Positions 8,880 through 18,081 of a stretch of DNA of 33,194 nt are shown here, in pieces. Location: assembly GCA_016927185.1 (NCBI GenBank), contig JAFGND010000009.1, positions 1 through 33,194 on the forward strand. The letters are read 5' to 3'. The position numbers were made by a program, and so were the translations under genes. The stretch's first letter is position 1, and each line of letters opens with the position of its first letter. The notes under the pieces were generated by a model. The model was not told the origin of the DNA. It did no database searches and worked only from the letters and a program-made list of their open reading frames with translations. Source of the stretch: Candidatus Coatesbacteria bacterium (GTDB lineage Bacteria; JAFGND01).

Positions 8880-9995
8880 ATGATTTCAATATTGATAGTA
8901 TTCTGCTGCATCCTGTCTTATAATAATGAAGCAGAATCCAGGAAATTTCTTATCAGAAATCTGCGTTTCCCTCATGAGGCATTGCTTTTAAAAGATGCTG
9001 ATGAAAATACTTTTAACAGGAGGCTTGCAGGCAGTTTCTCAGGAGCTGTTGCAACAGTGTGGGAGTATGGAAAGGAAGATATAACAATATCAGCAGGTAT
9101 GGCTGAGATAACAGACAGTATAAGGTTTATGACAAGAGACACATACTTTGATCTTGCCTCTCTTACCAAGCAGTTATGCACTGCTCCATTGATACTTATG
9201 CTTGCAGATAAAGGCAGGTTATCCTTGAATGATAATCTAAAAAACCATTTCAAGGAATTCGTTGATACTCCTTATGCACAAACAACCATATATGAACTTC
9301 TTGCCCATAAAAGCAAAATAATCTCACACTACAGATTTTTCAGATATAATATTGAAAGGGAAAAACTCATTGAATTCCTGTCCAGGGAGAAACCTTTAAA
9401 AAAGAGTATATACAGCGATTTAAATTATATAATTCTTGGGATGCTTCTTGAGAAAATAGAGGGGGAAAAACTTGATAAACTATTTGATGAAAAAATAGCA
9501 AAACCCTTGAATCTCAGCATTACATTCAATCCTGATGAAAAGATGGATATTGCTTCTTCCCAGTATTGCAGATGGAGGAGAAGACAATTAAGAACAACTG
9601 AAGTTCATGATGAAAATGCATGGTTCTGGAATAACATCAATGGACATGCTGGCTTGTTTGGAAATGCATCAGATATTGCAAATTTAATGTCAGCATACAT
9701 GGGATATTCCAGAAACCTTTTTTTTTCTCCCTTTACATTAAATAGATTATTATCATATTCTGGCAATAAAACAGATATAGCATTAGGTTTCAAATCAAAC
9801 AAGAATAGCATGGCAGCAAAAAATCTTGGTAAATATGCAATTGGGCATACCGGTTATACTGGTTCATCAATATGGATGGAGCATTCAAGAGGATTGGTTG
9901 TAGTATTATTAACCAATAGCCTTCATCCTTCTTATCACAGAAACATCAATAATATCAGAAAAGAATTCCATGATATGATATTAAGAAAGGAGTGA
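8880..9995 (+). CDS. Serine hydrolase, beta-lactamase class C / PBP-like family
   Basis: FDLASLTK (SxxK), LLAH.S, YSD.NY, VHDENA, GHAGLFG, GHTGYTG, VLLTN. Confidence 0.88.
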   Translation: MISILIVFCCILSYNNEAESRKFLIRNLRFPHEALLLKDADENTFNRRLAGSFSGAVATVWEYGKEDITISAGMAEITDSIRFMTRDTYFDLASLTKQLCTAPLILMLADKGRLSLNDNLKNHFKEFVDTPYAQTTIYELLAHKSKIISHYRFFRYNIEREKLIEFLSREKPLKKSIYSDLNYIILGMLLEKIEGEKLDKLFDEKIAKPLNLSITFNPDEKMDIASSQYCRWRRRQLRTTEVHDENAWFWNNINGHAGLFGNASDIANLMSAYMGYSRNLFFSPFTLNRLLSYSGNKTDIALGFKSNKNSMAAKNLGKYAIGHTGYTGSSIWMEHSRGLVVVLLTNSLHPSYHRNINNIRKEFHDMILRKE

Positions 9996-11569
9996 CTATC
10001 AACAAGGCAAGAATTCTCTGGGTAGATGATGAGATTGACATTCTCACTGCCCATATAAGATTTCTCAACAAGAGAGGTTATGAAGTAGATAGTATAAATA
10101 ATGGTCATGATGCTTTGTATCACCTTCAGAAACAGACTTATGATATAATATTTCTGGATCAAGCTATGCCAGGTCTGGATGGGCTAGAGACGCTTGAAGA
10201 AATAAGAAAAATCAATCCGCAAATTCCTGTTGTAATGATAACAAAAAATGAAGAAGAGCATCTGATGGCAGAAGCTATTGGCAAGGAGATAAATGATTAT
10301 CTTACCAAACCTGTCAATCCAAGCCAGATACTGCTCGTTCTCAAAAAGCTTCTTGAAAGCAAAAATATCAAGAAAAATCTTGCAGGGAAAAACTTCTCCA
10401 AGCTTTTCAAGGATATCACAGACAGGCTGGAAACACCTCTTACATCAAATGATTGGTACGAAATATATCTTCAGATTACACTTTTCGAGTTAGAAATGTC
10501 ACAAATAATGAATGACGAAATAAAGGAATCTTTCCATGGACTTATAGAAACCTGCAATGAATATTTTGGTCATTTCATAGAAGAGAATTATCTTACATGG
10601 CTTGAAGAACAAAAACAGCCTGTGCTTAGCAACAAAGTATTCTCCACTTTTGTCTCTCCTTTCATCAAGAAAGGTCAGAAAGTCATAATGATGCTTATAG
10701 ATTGCCTCAGACTGGATCAATGGTATGCAATTTCCGAGATCCTGTCTGAATACTTCAACATAGAACAGCATCATTACTATTCAATACTACCTACCTCAAC
10801 TGCATATTCAAGGAACTCGTTATTTTCTGGTTTGCTCCCTATTGATATTTATTCAAGATATCCACAATACTGGGAAGTACTTAAGGATGAAAGATCAGTA
10901 AACAAGTATGAAAAAGAACTTCTTAGAGAGCAATGCTTGAGATTGGGACTGGATAAGGCTCAAGAGAATATTTTCTACCTCAAGATAATAAACGAGGAGA
11001 AGGTGGAGGGCTTGATAAAGCATTATGAGAAGAATATTCACAAATACCAGTTGTCTGCTTTTGTTTATAATTTTGTTGATCTTCTAAGCCATAATAGATC
11101 GCACTCAGATCTTATCAGAGAGATATCAACAGATGAAAGTGCTTTCAGATCAGTCACTGTTTCATGGTTTCAGCATAGCGGCATGTATACCCTGTTGAAG
11201 CATCTTTCTGAAATGAAGGATATATGCATAGTTCTTACAACTGATCATGGAAGCATTCTTGCAAGAAAACCCTCCAAAATAATCGCTTCATGGAATGCCA
11301 CTTCAGGTCTCAGATACAAGTTTGGTCATGCTCTTGAGACAAAGCCAAAAGAAGCTCTGGTTATCAAGAATCTTACACAATTTAAACTTCCAAAGGAAGA
11401 AGATAAACCTGAATGTATTCTTGCAAAAAGTGATTATTATCTTACATACAATATAGGGTTCAAGAATTTCATAGAAAATTACAAACCTTCATTTATTCAT
11501 GGTGGAATTTCACTTCAAGAAATGATATTACCTATTGCTGTTATGAGTTCTAAAAAGCATAATGCATAA
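9992..11569 (+). CDS. porX: PorX-family response regulator (REC + PglZ/alkaline-phosphatase domain)
   Basis: ILWVDDE..LDQAMPGLDG..VVMITKNEEE..YLTKPVNP; IDCLRLDQW; SILPTSTAYSRN; TTDHG; HGGISLQEMILP; GTG start. Confidence 0.88.
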   Translation: MTINKARILWVDDEIDILTAHIRFLNKRGYEVDSINNGHDALYHLQKQTYDIIFLDQAMPGLDGLETLEEIRKINPQIPVVMITKNEEEHLMAEAIGKEINDYLTKPVNPSQILLVLKKLLESKNIKKNLAGKNFSKLFKDITDRLETPLTSNDWYEIYLQITLFELEMSQIMNDEIKESFHGLIETCNEYFGHFIEENYLTWLEEQKQPVLSNKVFSTFVSPFIKKGQKVIMMLIDCLRLDQWYAISEILSEYFNIEQHHYYSILPTSTAYSRNSLFSGLLPIDIYSRYPQYWEVLKDERSVNKYEKELLREQCLRLGLDKAQENIFYLKIINEEKVEGLIKHYEKNIHKYQLSAFVYNFVDLLSHNRSHSDLIREISTDESAFRSVTVSWFQHSGMYTLLKHLSEMKDICIVLTTDHGSILARKPSKIIASWNATSGLRYKFGHALETKPKEALVIKNLTQFKLPKEEDKPECILAKSDYYLTYNIGFKNFIENYKPSFIHGGISLQEMILPIAVMSSKKHNA

Positions 11570-12332
11570 AATGAATAGCTCCAGCAAAAATGTACTGATA
11601 AAGGTAAGCGATCTTTACAGGAATTTTGAAGATAACAGCGTTTTGCAGGGAGTCAATCTTAATATTTATGAAGGTGAAACACTTGTAATAATAGGCGGAT
11701 CAGGAAGCGGGAAAAGTGTATTACTAAAGCATTTAATAGGTCTGCTTAAACCAGAAAAAGGTGAAGTAGAAGTTGAAGGCATAAAAATGAGCTCTGTCAA
11801 ACAGAAGGATCTTTTCAGGATAAGAAGGAAATTCGGCATGCTTTTTCAGGGAGCTGCATTGTTTGATTCATTGACTGTATGGGAAAATGTAGGTTTAGGA
11901 TTGATTGAGCATGAAAATATGAAGAAAAAGGAGATTCTACCAATAGTAAAAGAAAAACTTGCTATGGTCGGAATGTCAGGCATTGAGGAACTGAAACCTG
12001 CTGAATTGTCAGGTGGAATGAAAAAAAGGGTTGGATTGGCAAGAGCAATAGCAATGAATCCGGAAATAATCCTCTATGATGAACCAACAACTGGTCTTGA
12101 TCCCATCATGAGTGATGTAATAAACAAGCTTATTCGCAAATTGCAGAAAACACTTAATGTTACAAGCATTGTAGTAACTCATGACATGAAAAGTGCCTAC
12201 CATGTAGGGGACAGAATGGCAATGCTTTATGAAGGAAAAATCATTTTCGATGGAAGCATAGAGAATATCAAGACTTCAGAAAATCCTTTCATACGTGATT
12301 TTATTGAAGGAAAAAGTGAAGAAGAAATATGA
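11562..12332 (+). CDS. mlaF: ABC transporter ATP-binding subunit, MlaF/Mkl family
   Basis: Walker A GGSGSGKS; GMLFQGAALFDSLTV; LSGGMKKRVGLARA; YDEPTTGLDP; next to an MCE gene. Confidence 0.88.
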   Translation: MHKMNSSSKNVLIKVSDLYRNFEDNSVLQGVNLNIYEGETLVIIGGSGSGKSVLLKHLIGLLKPEKGEVEVEGIKMSSVKQKDLFRIRRKFGMLFQGAALFDSLTVWENVGLGLIEHENMKKKEILPIVKEKLAMVGMSGIEELKPAELSGGMKKRVGLARAIAMNPEIILYDEPTTGLDPIMSDVINKLIRKLQKTLNVTSIVVTHDMKSAYHVGDRMAMLYEGKIIFDGSIENIKTSENPFIRDFIEGKSEEEI

Positions 12333-13198
12333 GAAAAACTGAAATAAAAGTTGGTATAATGACTGTAATAGGCATTATAGTCCTTTTCTTTGGCGCTTTA
12401 TATTTGAATGATCAATCTTTGACAAGAAACAAGACAAGATTGACTATTTATTTCAATGAAGCCGAAGGACTGAACAAGGGTGATTTGGTAAAGGTAAGAG
12501 GAGTAAAGAAAGGTCAGATTGAAAAGGTTTCGCTCCAGAATAACAAGGTTGTAGTATCTGCCAATATTGATAATGACATATCAATAAGAGATGATTATGA
12601 AATTCAGATAAGGAATCTGAGTCTCATGGGAGGACAGTTCCTTGAAATAAATCCTGGAACAGGAAATAAACCTGCTGACACAAACAATCTCAAAGGTACT
12701 CCAGAAGGCTCAGTAACCAGGATGCTAGGGGAAATGGTCAAGATAGTCATAAAACTTGATACGACTATAAATAAGATAAATCAGATATTGGAAAAAAAGG
12801 ATTTAGACAAGCTTCTTTCCAACACTACTGAGTTGACCGGTAACTTGAATGATGTAGTGATTGAGAACAGAAAGGATTTAAAAGCAACAGTAAGGAATTT
12901 AAGGACTTTGAGTGTCAGATTGAATAGCCTTATAACTTCACCTGAGATTGATATGGCAAAAAAATCATTCGGGAGAATTGGGCCTCAGGTAGAAGATCTT
13001 GTGATAAAGCTGGACAGAATAGCTGATGATATGGAATATATAACATCAAATGTCAAGAAAAGCAAGGGAACACTTGGCAAAGTAGTAAATGAAGATGATT
13101 TATATAAGGATTTGAAACAAACTGTAAAGGAAGTAAAAAACCTGCTTGAGGATATAAAGAAGAATCCCCAGAGATATATTAAAGTAAGGGTTTTTTAA
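12329..13198 (+). CDS. MlaD/MCE family protein with coiled-coil tail
   Basis: N-terminal TM; F..AEGL..GD.V..RGV..G; SLMGGQFLEINPG; GTLGK.VN...LY; DIKKNP.RY. Confidence 0.9.
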   Translation: MRKTEIKVGIMTVIGIIVLFFGALYLNDQSLTRNKTRLTIYFNEAEGLNKGDLVKVRGVKKGQIEKVSLQNNKVVVSANIDNDISIRDDYEIQIRNLSLMGGQFLEINPGTGNKPADTNNLKGTPEGSVTRMLGEMVKIVIKLDTTINKINQILEKKDLDKLLSNTTELTGNLNDVVIENRKDLKATVRNLRTLSVRLNSLITSPEIDMAKKSFGRIGPQVEDLVIKLDRIADDMEYITSNVKKSKGTLGKVVNEDDLYKDLKQTVKEVKNLLEDIKKNPQRYIKVRVF

Positions 13199-13215
13199 AT
13201 ATCGAAGCTTTTTTC

Positions 13216-13243
13216 TTTACAAGAAATCATTGAATTGTAAGAT
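13216..13243 (+). promoter_or_regulatory. Putative sigma70 promoter of rplU
   Basis: TTTACA-16 nt-TAAGAT upstream of an AGGAGG RBS. Confidence 0.4.
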
Positions 13244-13281
13244 TGGTTTTAATTTCATAATGGATTGTTAGGAGGCATTTA

Positions 13282-13596
13282 ATGTACGCTGTTTTTGAAT
13301 TTGATGGACGTCAATTCAAAGTTGCTGAGGGTGAGATTGTTAAAGTAAGCAGGATTGGTAAAAATATAGATGATACTGTCATTTTTGACAAGGTTCTGTT
13401 GATAGGCGATAATGATAAAATCCATCTTGGCCAGCCTTATATTGGCAAGGCAGAAATAGAAGGCAAAGTTTTAGAGCATGCAAAAGACAATAAGAAGCTT
13501 ATTGTAAAATATAAGAAACGCAAGGATTATAGAAGAAAAATAGGTCACAGACAGCCAATAACAAACATCAGGATAGAAAAAATCAGAATTTCTTGA
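13282..13596 (+). CDS. rplU: 50S ribosomal protein bL21
   Basis: MYAVF..GRQFKV.EG; G.PY; KYK.RK.YRRK.GHRQP.T.I.I. Confidence 0.97.
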   Translation: MYAVFEFDGRQFKVAEGEIVKVSRIGKNIDDTVIFDKVLLIGDNDKIHLGQPYIGKAEIEGKVLEHAKDNKKLIVKYKKRKDYRRKIGHRQPITNIRIEKIRIS

Positions 13597-13657
13597 TATA
13601 AAGGGGGGAATTAATATTTAGAATTTTTAGGAATTTAGATTCTAAAAGGGAGGCAAT

Positions 13658-15142
13658 ATGAAGCGTAATTTCACTATAGTAATAACTATAATTCTCTTAA
13701 CTTTCATATGGAGTTGCTATGACGACCCAGTTGATGAAAATAACAATTCAACAGGTACTAAGGCAAAGAGATTGTTCGGTACTGATGGCAATGAATACAA
13801 TCCCATTCTTTCACCAAATGGTCAATTCATAGCTTTCAACTCTGATATTGCGGATGAATCTGGCGGAAGTGGAACACTGGTAGTGCTATGGAAATATATA
13901 CTGAGCTCACAAAAAATTGAAAGACTTTGCACTGCTTATGAATATACAGATACTGTTATTCTGGGACAAGAAGGTGTTGACTGGGCTTACAGGCAAATAA
14001 CAGAAGAATATATGGTTAGTGAAGCTGATACGATGGGTAGTACAAAACACAATCAGCCATGCAGCATTCCTTTGCAGCAGTGGCAATGTTTCCTGAATTA
14101 TTGTGATCCCAATTCTGTTAATTTCAAGCTTAACGGAGTAAAACTGGACAGCGTTGAAGTAGTATGGGATCAGCTGGTACAACCCTATAAAAGCAGGATC
14201 AATAATCTTCACAAGGCAGCCAACAAGAAGTTTGGAGTTGGGGATGTTCTTCAAATAACTTATAGTGCATGGACATCAGCTGATAGTACTAATGCATATG
14301 AAAAACATGCTGGATCAGATTCACTATTTATCAGATCCATACAACTCAATACTATAAACCTTAATCAGATTATTGATGATAGAACTGCCCTTGTCTCTAT
14401 GTCAGAAAGCTGGTCAAGAACGCAACCATCTGCCACTACTGCAAATGTTAAATCTTATACTTTATACAGAATTGCAAAGATAAGCACTGAAAAAACAACA
14501 ACTAAACCTTTTCAAGATACACTTGTAGAACTTGTTAGAAGCAAGGATTTAAAGATTGCTTATCCAAACATTGCAGGAGACAAGCTGGTTTTTTGCATTT
14601 ATGCAGAAGTTTTGAAAGATCCTACTCAATACAAGGGTATGGATATGGATAAGTTATTCGATGAAGGAGAATCATATCAAGTCTGGGCGTATAATGTAGC
14701 TACAAAGGAATTAACAACTAAAGTACCATTAAGTAATGGTCTGGTATCAATAAATATTCGCCCAAGAATAAACAAGAATGGTAACACTGTTCTGTTCCAG
14801 ACTCTCACCAGTGGTAACTGGGATATCTATAAAGTCAACTTTGATGGCTCAGGATTGGCAGCACTTATCACAAGCGAATATGATGATGAGAATCCCCGCT
14901 GGCATTCCACGGCAAACAAGATACTCTATACCAGCAATCCTTATGAAACATCAGTTTACAGGAATTCAGATATTTTTGAATTCAATCTTGATAATGGCAA
15001 ATCTGAACGTCTGACAATAGACTCTTCAGTTGATCAGGATCCATGCTATGGACCTGGAAATCGCATATATTACAGTTCCAATAACAAGATGTCTACTACT
15101 GAGGAAAGAACCCAGTATGATGTCTGGTATTTAGACAGATAG
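13658..15142 (+). CDS. Lipoprotein with TolB-like/PD40 beta-propeller repeats
   Basis: Lipobox-like IWSC; NPILSPNGQFIAFNSD; GNWDIY.VN.DGSG; DENPRW; RLT...DQDP..GP..IYYSS. Confidence 0.75.
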   Translation: MKRNFTIVITIILLTFIWSCYDDPVDENNNSTGTKAKRLFGTDGNEYNPILSPNGQFIAFNSDIADESGGSGTLVVLWKYILSSQKIERLCTAYEYTDTVILGQEGVDWAYRQITEEYMVSEADTMGSTKHNQPCSIPLQQWQCFLNYCDPNSVNFKLNGVKLDSVEVVWDQLVQPYKSRINNLHKAANKKFGVGDVLQITYSAWTSADSTNAYEKHAGSDSLFIRSIQLNTINLNQIIDDRTALVSMSESWSRTQPSATTANVKSYTLYRIAKISTEKTTTKPFQDTLVELVRSKDLKIAYPNIAGDKLVFCIYAEVLKDPTQYKGMDMDKLFDEGESYQVWAYNVATKELTTKVPLSNGLVSINIRPRINKNGNTVLFQTLTSGNWDIYKVNFDGSGLAALITSEYDDENPRWHSTANKILYTSNPYETSVYRNSDIFEFNLDNGKSERLTIDSSVDQDPCYGPGNRIYYSSNNKMSTTEERTQYDVWYLDR

Positions 15143-15163
15143 CAGCAATTTAATTTCAGATAG

Positions 15164-15197
15164 AAGCATCTCTTCACAAAAGGGATGCTTTTTTTTT
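15164..15197 (+). terminator. Intrinsic terminator after the rplU-lipoprotein unit (overlaps the 3' end of dus)
   Basis: AAGCATCTCTT-CACAA-AAGGGATGCTT stem (one G:U) followed by a T run. Confidence 0.75.
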
Positions 15198-16169
15198 CAA
15201 TTCGGTAACCAGAAAAACAATTTCTGGATAGGAGCTTTCATCAAGTCTTTCCCATTTATCATGCAAAACATTGTACAACTCATAAAAAGATGAAGACTGG
15301 AAAATATTCCTTCTCAGTTCAGCTCCATGACTGATACCCTTTGTAAATGCTGCACAGTAAGGTTTTGAGCTCCAGAAAGCTTTTTCTCCTGATGCAAGAA
15401 ACGACCTTAATAAATAAAGTAATGCTACTGAAATCCTGTCTTTGTCATCTGGCAAGACATATGGATTCGTGAAAATAAAGGGATTGCTCCTTGCCTCTCT
15501 TCCTACAAGAACTGAGAAGCAGGATGTGCTATTCATTATAAAAACAGCTTTTTCAAAAGAATCAATATCACCGCTTGCTATAATCGGCAAATCAGTACTT
15601 GAAACAGCTTCTTTCAAGAGATCATATGATGCATTACCTTCATATCCCTGCACTGCAAGTCTTGGATGCAATATTATAGCTTCAATTCCACTGTCTTCGA
15701 CAGCCCTGATTATCTCCTTCAAATTGACACGGCTCCATCCAGAGCGGATTTTCACTGTTACCGGAGTTGGTTTTACTGCTTCATGGAGTTTCTTCAAGAT
15801 AAGATTAAGCGTTTTCAAATCCTTAAGTAAAGCTGCTCCTGAATTCTTTTTTACAACCTTCCTGACAGGGCATCCTGAATTGAAATCTATGAAATCTGGT
15901 TTCAATCTCTCATTTATTATCTGGCCTGCTTTTGATACTGTTTCAAAAGAATACCCGAAAAGCTGTACCCCCAGGGGACGTTCATAATCATCAAATTCAG
16001 CCAACTGGAATGAATTTGCATGGTTTCTTGTAATTGCATCACTGCTTATCATGCCTGTAAAAACAGGATATGCTCCCATATATTTACATATCTGCCTGAA
16101 GATCTTATTGTTTATCTCAGACATGGGAGCCAATCCGAGTTTGCTTTTACTGAATATATAATCAATCAT
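15174..16169 (-). CDS. dusB: tRNA-dihydrouridine synthase (DusB-like)
   Basis: LAPM, QLFG, IDFNSGCPV.KV..GAALL, PVTVKIRSGW, HPR...Q.Y.G.A, SGDI. Confidence 0.88.
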   Translation of the reverse strand: MIDYIFSKSKLGLAPMSEINNKIFRQICKYMGAYPVFTGMISSDAITRNHANSFQLAEFDDYERPLGVQLFGYSFETVSKAGQIINERLKPDFIDFNSGCPVRKVVKKNSGAALLKDLKTLNLILKKLHEAVKPTPVTVKIRSGWSRVNLKEIIRAVEDSGIEAIILHPRLAVQGYEGNASYDLLKEAVSSTDLPIIASGDIDSFEKAVFIMNSTSCFSVLVGREARSNPFIFTNPYVLPDDKDRISVALLYLLRSFLASGEKAFWSSKPYCAAFTKGISHGAELRRNIFQSSSFYELYNVLHDKWERLDESSYPEIVFLVTELKKKASLL

Positions 16170-16175
16170 AAAACC

Positions 16176-16288
16176 TGTGGATAACTTTTCAAGATATTCA
16201 CTTGCAAGTCAATACAAAATCAATTATAATTGTAAATATTGAATTTGAATATTGTGGATAAGTTTGGGGAAAACCCTGGTTATCCTTT
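16176..16288. promoter_or_regulatory. DnaA-box cluster in a divergent intergenic region
   Basis: Perfect TGTGGATAA (= TTATCCACA) at 16176-16184 and 16253-16261; degenerate TGGGGAAAA 16265-16273 and TTATCCTTT 16280-16288; very AT-rich spacer. Confidence 0.65.
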
Positions 16289-16369
16289 TACCAAAATTGC
16301 AAAAGCTTTTAAAATCAACATTTTTCAAAATATTCTTGCTTGAAATTCAAGGTATATTAAGCAGAAACT

Positions 16370-17524
16370 ATGCAACCAGAAGCACTAATAAATTTAAGAT
16401 TGCTGGAACTATCCGAGATTTTGCAAAAGGAACGAGCAAAATATAGAATAAAAGCTATCCTTGGATTATCGTTTTTCATGATTCTTCTATTCATATATTG
16501 TGAGCTTATCATTCACAAGCTTTTACTTCTTCCAGGAGATATGGTTGATACATTGATAGGGTTGACACTGACTTCATTGATAATTTTCTTCCTTTCATAC
16601 ATTGCTTCTCCATTTTTCATAAATCATCTTCTCAAACCAAAACCGATAGTGCTTCAATTCTATCCAGAGTTCAAGAAGATTATTGAAATACTTCTGAAAA
16701 GATCCAATATAAAATCTGTTGATTTCTATGTTTCTCATCATCTCTCAAAAAATGCCATGGTTTATACGGAAGCAGGCAGATACAGAGTTGTTTTTGCAGA
16801 TGATATAATGGATCTTTTAACTCCAGAGGAATTTGCAGGTGTTTTGGGTCATGAGCTGGGACATATTTATAATAATGATCTTTATCTTAATGGCATGTTA
16901 TGGCTTGGTTTCAGGATTCTTTGTTTCATAAAAAAAGTGAGCCTTGTGATCATTGTTATTAGCAGCAGATTGCTGGCAACACTTTCCAAGGCAAGGGAGC
17001 AATTCAAGAACTGGTCAAACTCGTATTCTAATTTTACAGCTGTATTGTTAGCGCTTCCTGTTGCCTTCCTGCTTTTCATAATTGGTGTTTTATTGCTTGC
17101 TCTTGGCCTCTTTCTGAATCTTGGAGTCGCTATATTCAACTGGATTAACAGGAGCAGGGAATATGCTGCTGATTTATATTCAGCAATTTATACTTCTCCT
17201 CATGCAGTCTGCCAGGGTTTAAAGAAAATATACTATCTTAATCAAAACAAGCAAGCAGTTGGATTCAGGTTTCCAGAATACTGCACTCTGGCTAATGAAT
17301 TTGATTCCATGTCTCAACCTGATATTTTTGAAATGCTAAAAGGGCTTCTTGCATCTCATCCATTCACTTATAACAGACTGAGGAGATTGAGAAAATATGA
17401 GACCATAGAAGAAAGAATATTTCTGGAAGCAAGAGACTATTCAGCAATTGTCAAATTTCCATGCAAGAGAATACCAAAAGCCAGGCGAGTTCCACCAACG
17501 CAGCTGACATTACCTTTCCAATAG
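16370..17524 (+). CDS. M48-family (HtpX-like) membrane zinc metalloprotease
   Basis: Four hydrophobic segments; NA, EEFAGVLGHELGH (HExxH), SREYAAD, ASHP...RL. Confidence 0.88.
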   Translation: MQPEALINLRLLELSEILQKERAKYRIKAILGLSFFMILLFIYCELIIHKLLLLPGDMVDTLIGLTLTSLIIFFLSYIASPFFINHLLKPKPIVLQFYPEFKKIIEILLKRSNIKSVDFYVSHHLSKNAMVYTEAGRYRVVFADDIMDLLTPEEFAGVLGHELGHIYNNDLYLNGMLWLGFRILCFIKKVSLVIIVISSRLLATLSKAREQFKNWSNSYSNFTAVLLALPVAFLLFIIGVLLLALGLFLNLGVAIFNWINRSREYAADLYSAIYTSPHAVCQGLKKIYYLNQNKQAVGFRFPEYCTLANEFDSMSQPDIFEMLKGLLASHPFTYNRLRRLRKYETIEERIFLEARDYSAIVKFPCKRIPKARRVPPTQLTLPFQ

Positions 17525-18081
17525 TATTTATAAAGAAGCCCCAGAGACATGTCACCATTTATTCCAGTTCTATCATTTATTTCTGCTATACGCCATGTCA
17601 AATCGCTTTCCTGACGCAAGTAAAATATAACCTGCCCTTGCGATGTTTTTTTCTCGTTATTTTTGTATGCATGTATGAAAAGTGTCCGTGGTGCCTCATA
17701 TAATAATGAATCAAATGAAGCCCTGTAATAACTATCACCCTGTAAATCGCATTTGATACTGTCTATCTTGAACATCTCTATGTGAATATCTTTCAAGGTA
17801 TAATAATCATAAAATCCATCTTTGTAATTATCACCATCATAATCCCATCTATCCTCGGATCTCAAATAAAACCTTATCTGGCTGTCAATGTAAGTCTTCT
17901 CCAGATTTGTCCAGTTTTTGTCTTTATAGGCATTCTGCCATGTTAATAATGTCCTCTGTATTGTTGCCAGATCCTCATCCTCGGCTTGCTTCTCTGGATC
18001 AGTTGTGCAAGAGAAAATTATGAGGAAAACTAAGCTACTTAGCTTCCAGTATTTCAATAGCTTTTTTTGCAGCACTGTCAT
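17437..18081 (-). CDS. Putative lipoprotein, possibly NTF2/SnoaL-like fold; start and end uncertain
   Basis: Hydrophobic stretch plus IFSC lipobox; co-directional with and overlapping the S41 gene; ..VIFYL....WRIAEIND. Confidence 0.6.
   Translation of the reverse strand: MTVLQKKLLKYWKLSSLVFLIIFSCTTDPEKQAEDEDLATIQRTLLTWQNAYKDKNWTNLEKTYIDSQIRFYLRSEDRWDYDGDNYKDGFYDYYTLKDIHIEMFKIDSIKCDLQGDSYYRASFDSLLYEAPRTLFIHAYKNNEKKTSQGQVIFYLRQESDLTWRIAEINDRTGINGDMSLGLLYKYYWKGNVSCVGGTRLAFGILLHGNLTIAE

Noticed and set aside
8880-9995. Antibiotic-resistance beta-lactamase
   Set aside because: Motifs (YSD, VHDENA, GHTG) fit the broad esterase/amidase branch; no mobile context
15442-15987. 181-aa plus-strand ORF and the other short ORFs nested in or antisense to long genes
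   Set aside because: Shadow frames of well-supported genes, with no motifs
16252-16446. 64-aa ORF upstream of the M48 gene
   Set aside because: Overlaps the DnaA boxes and the M48 start out of frame; no RBS or recognisable motif
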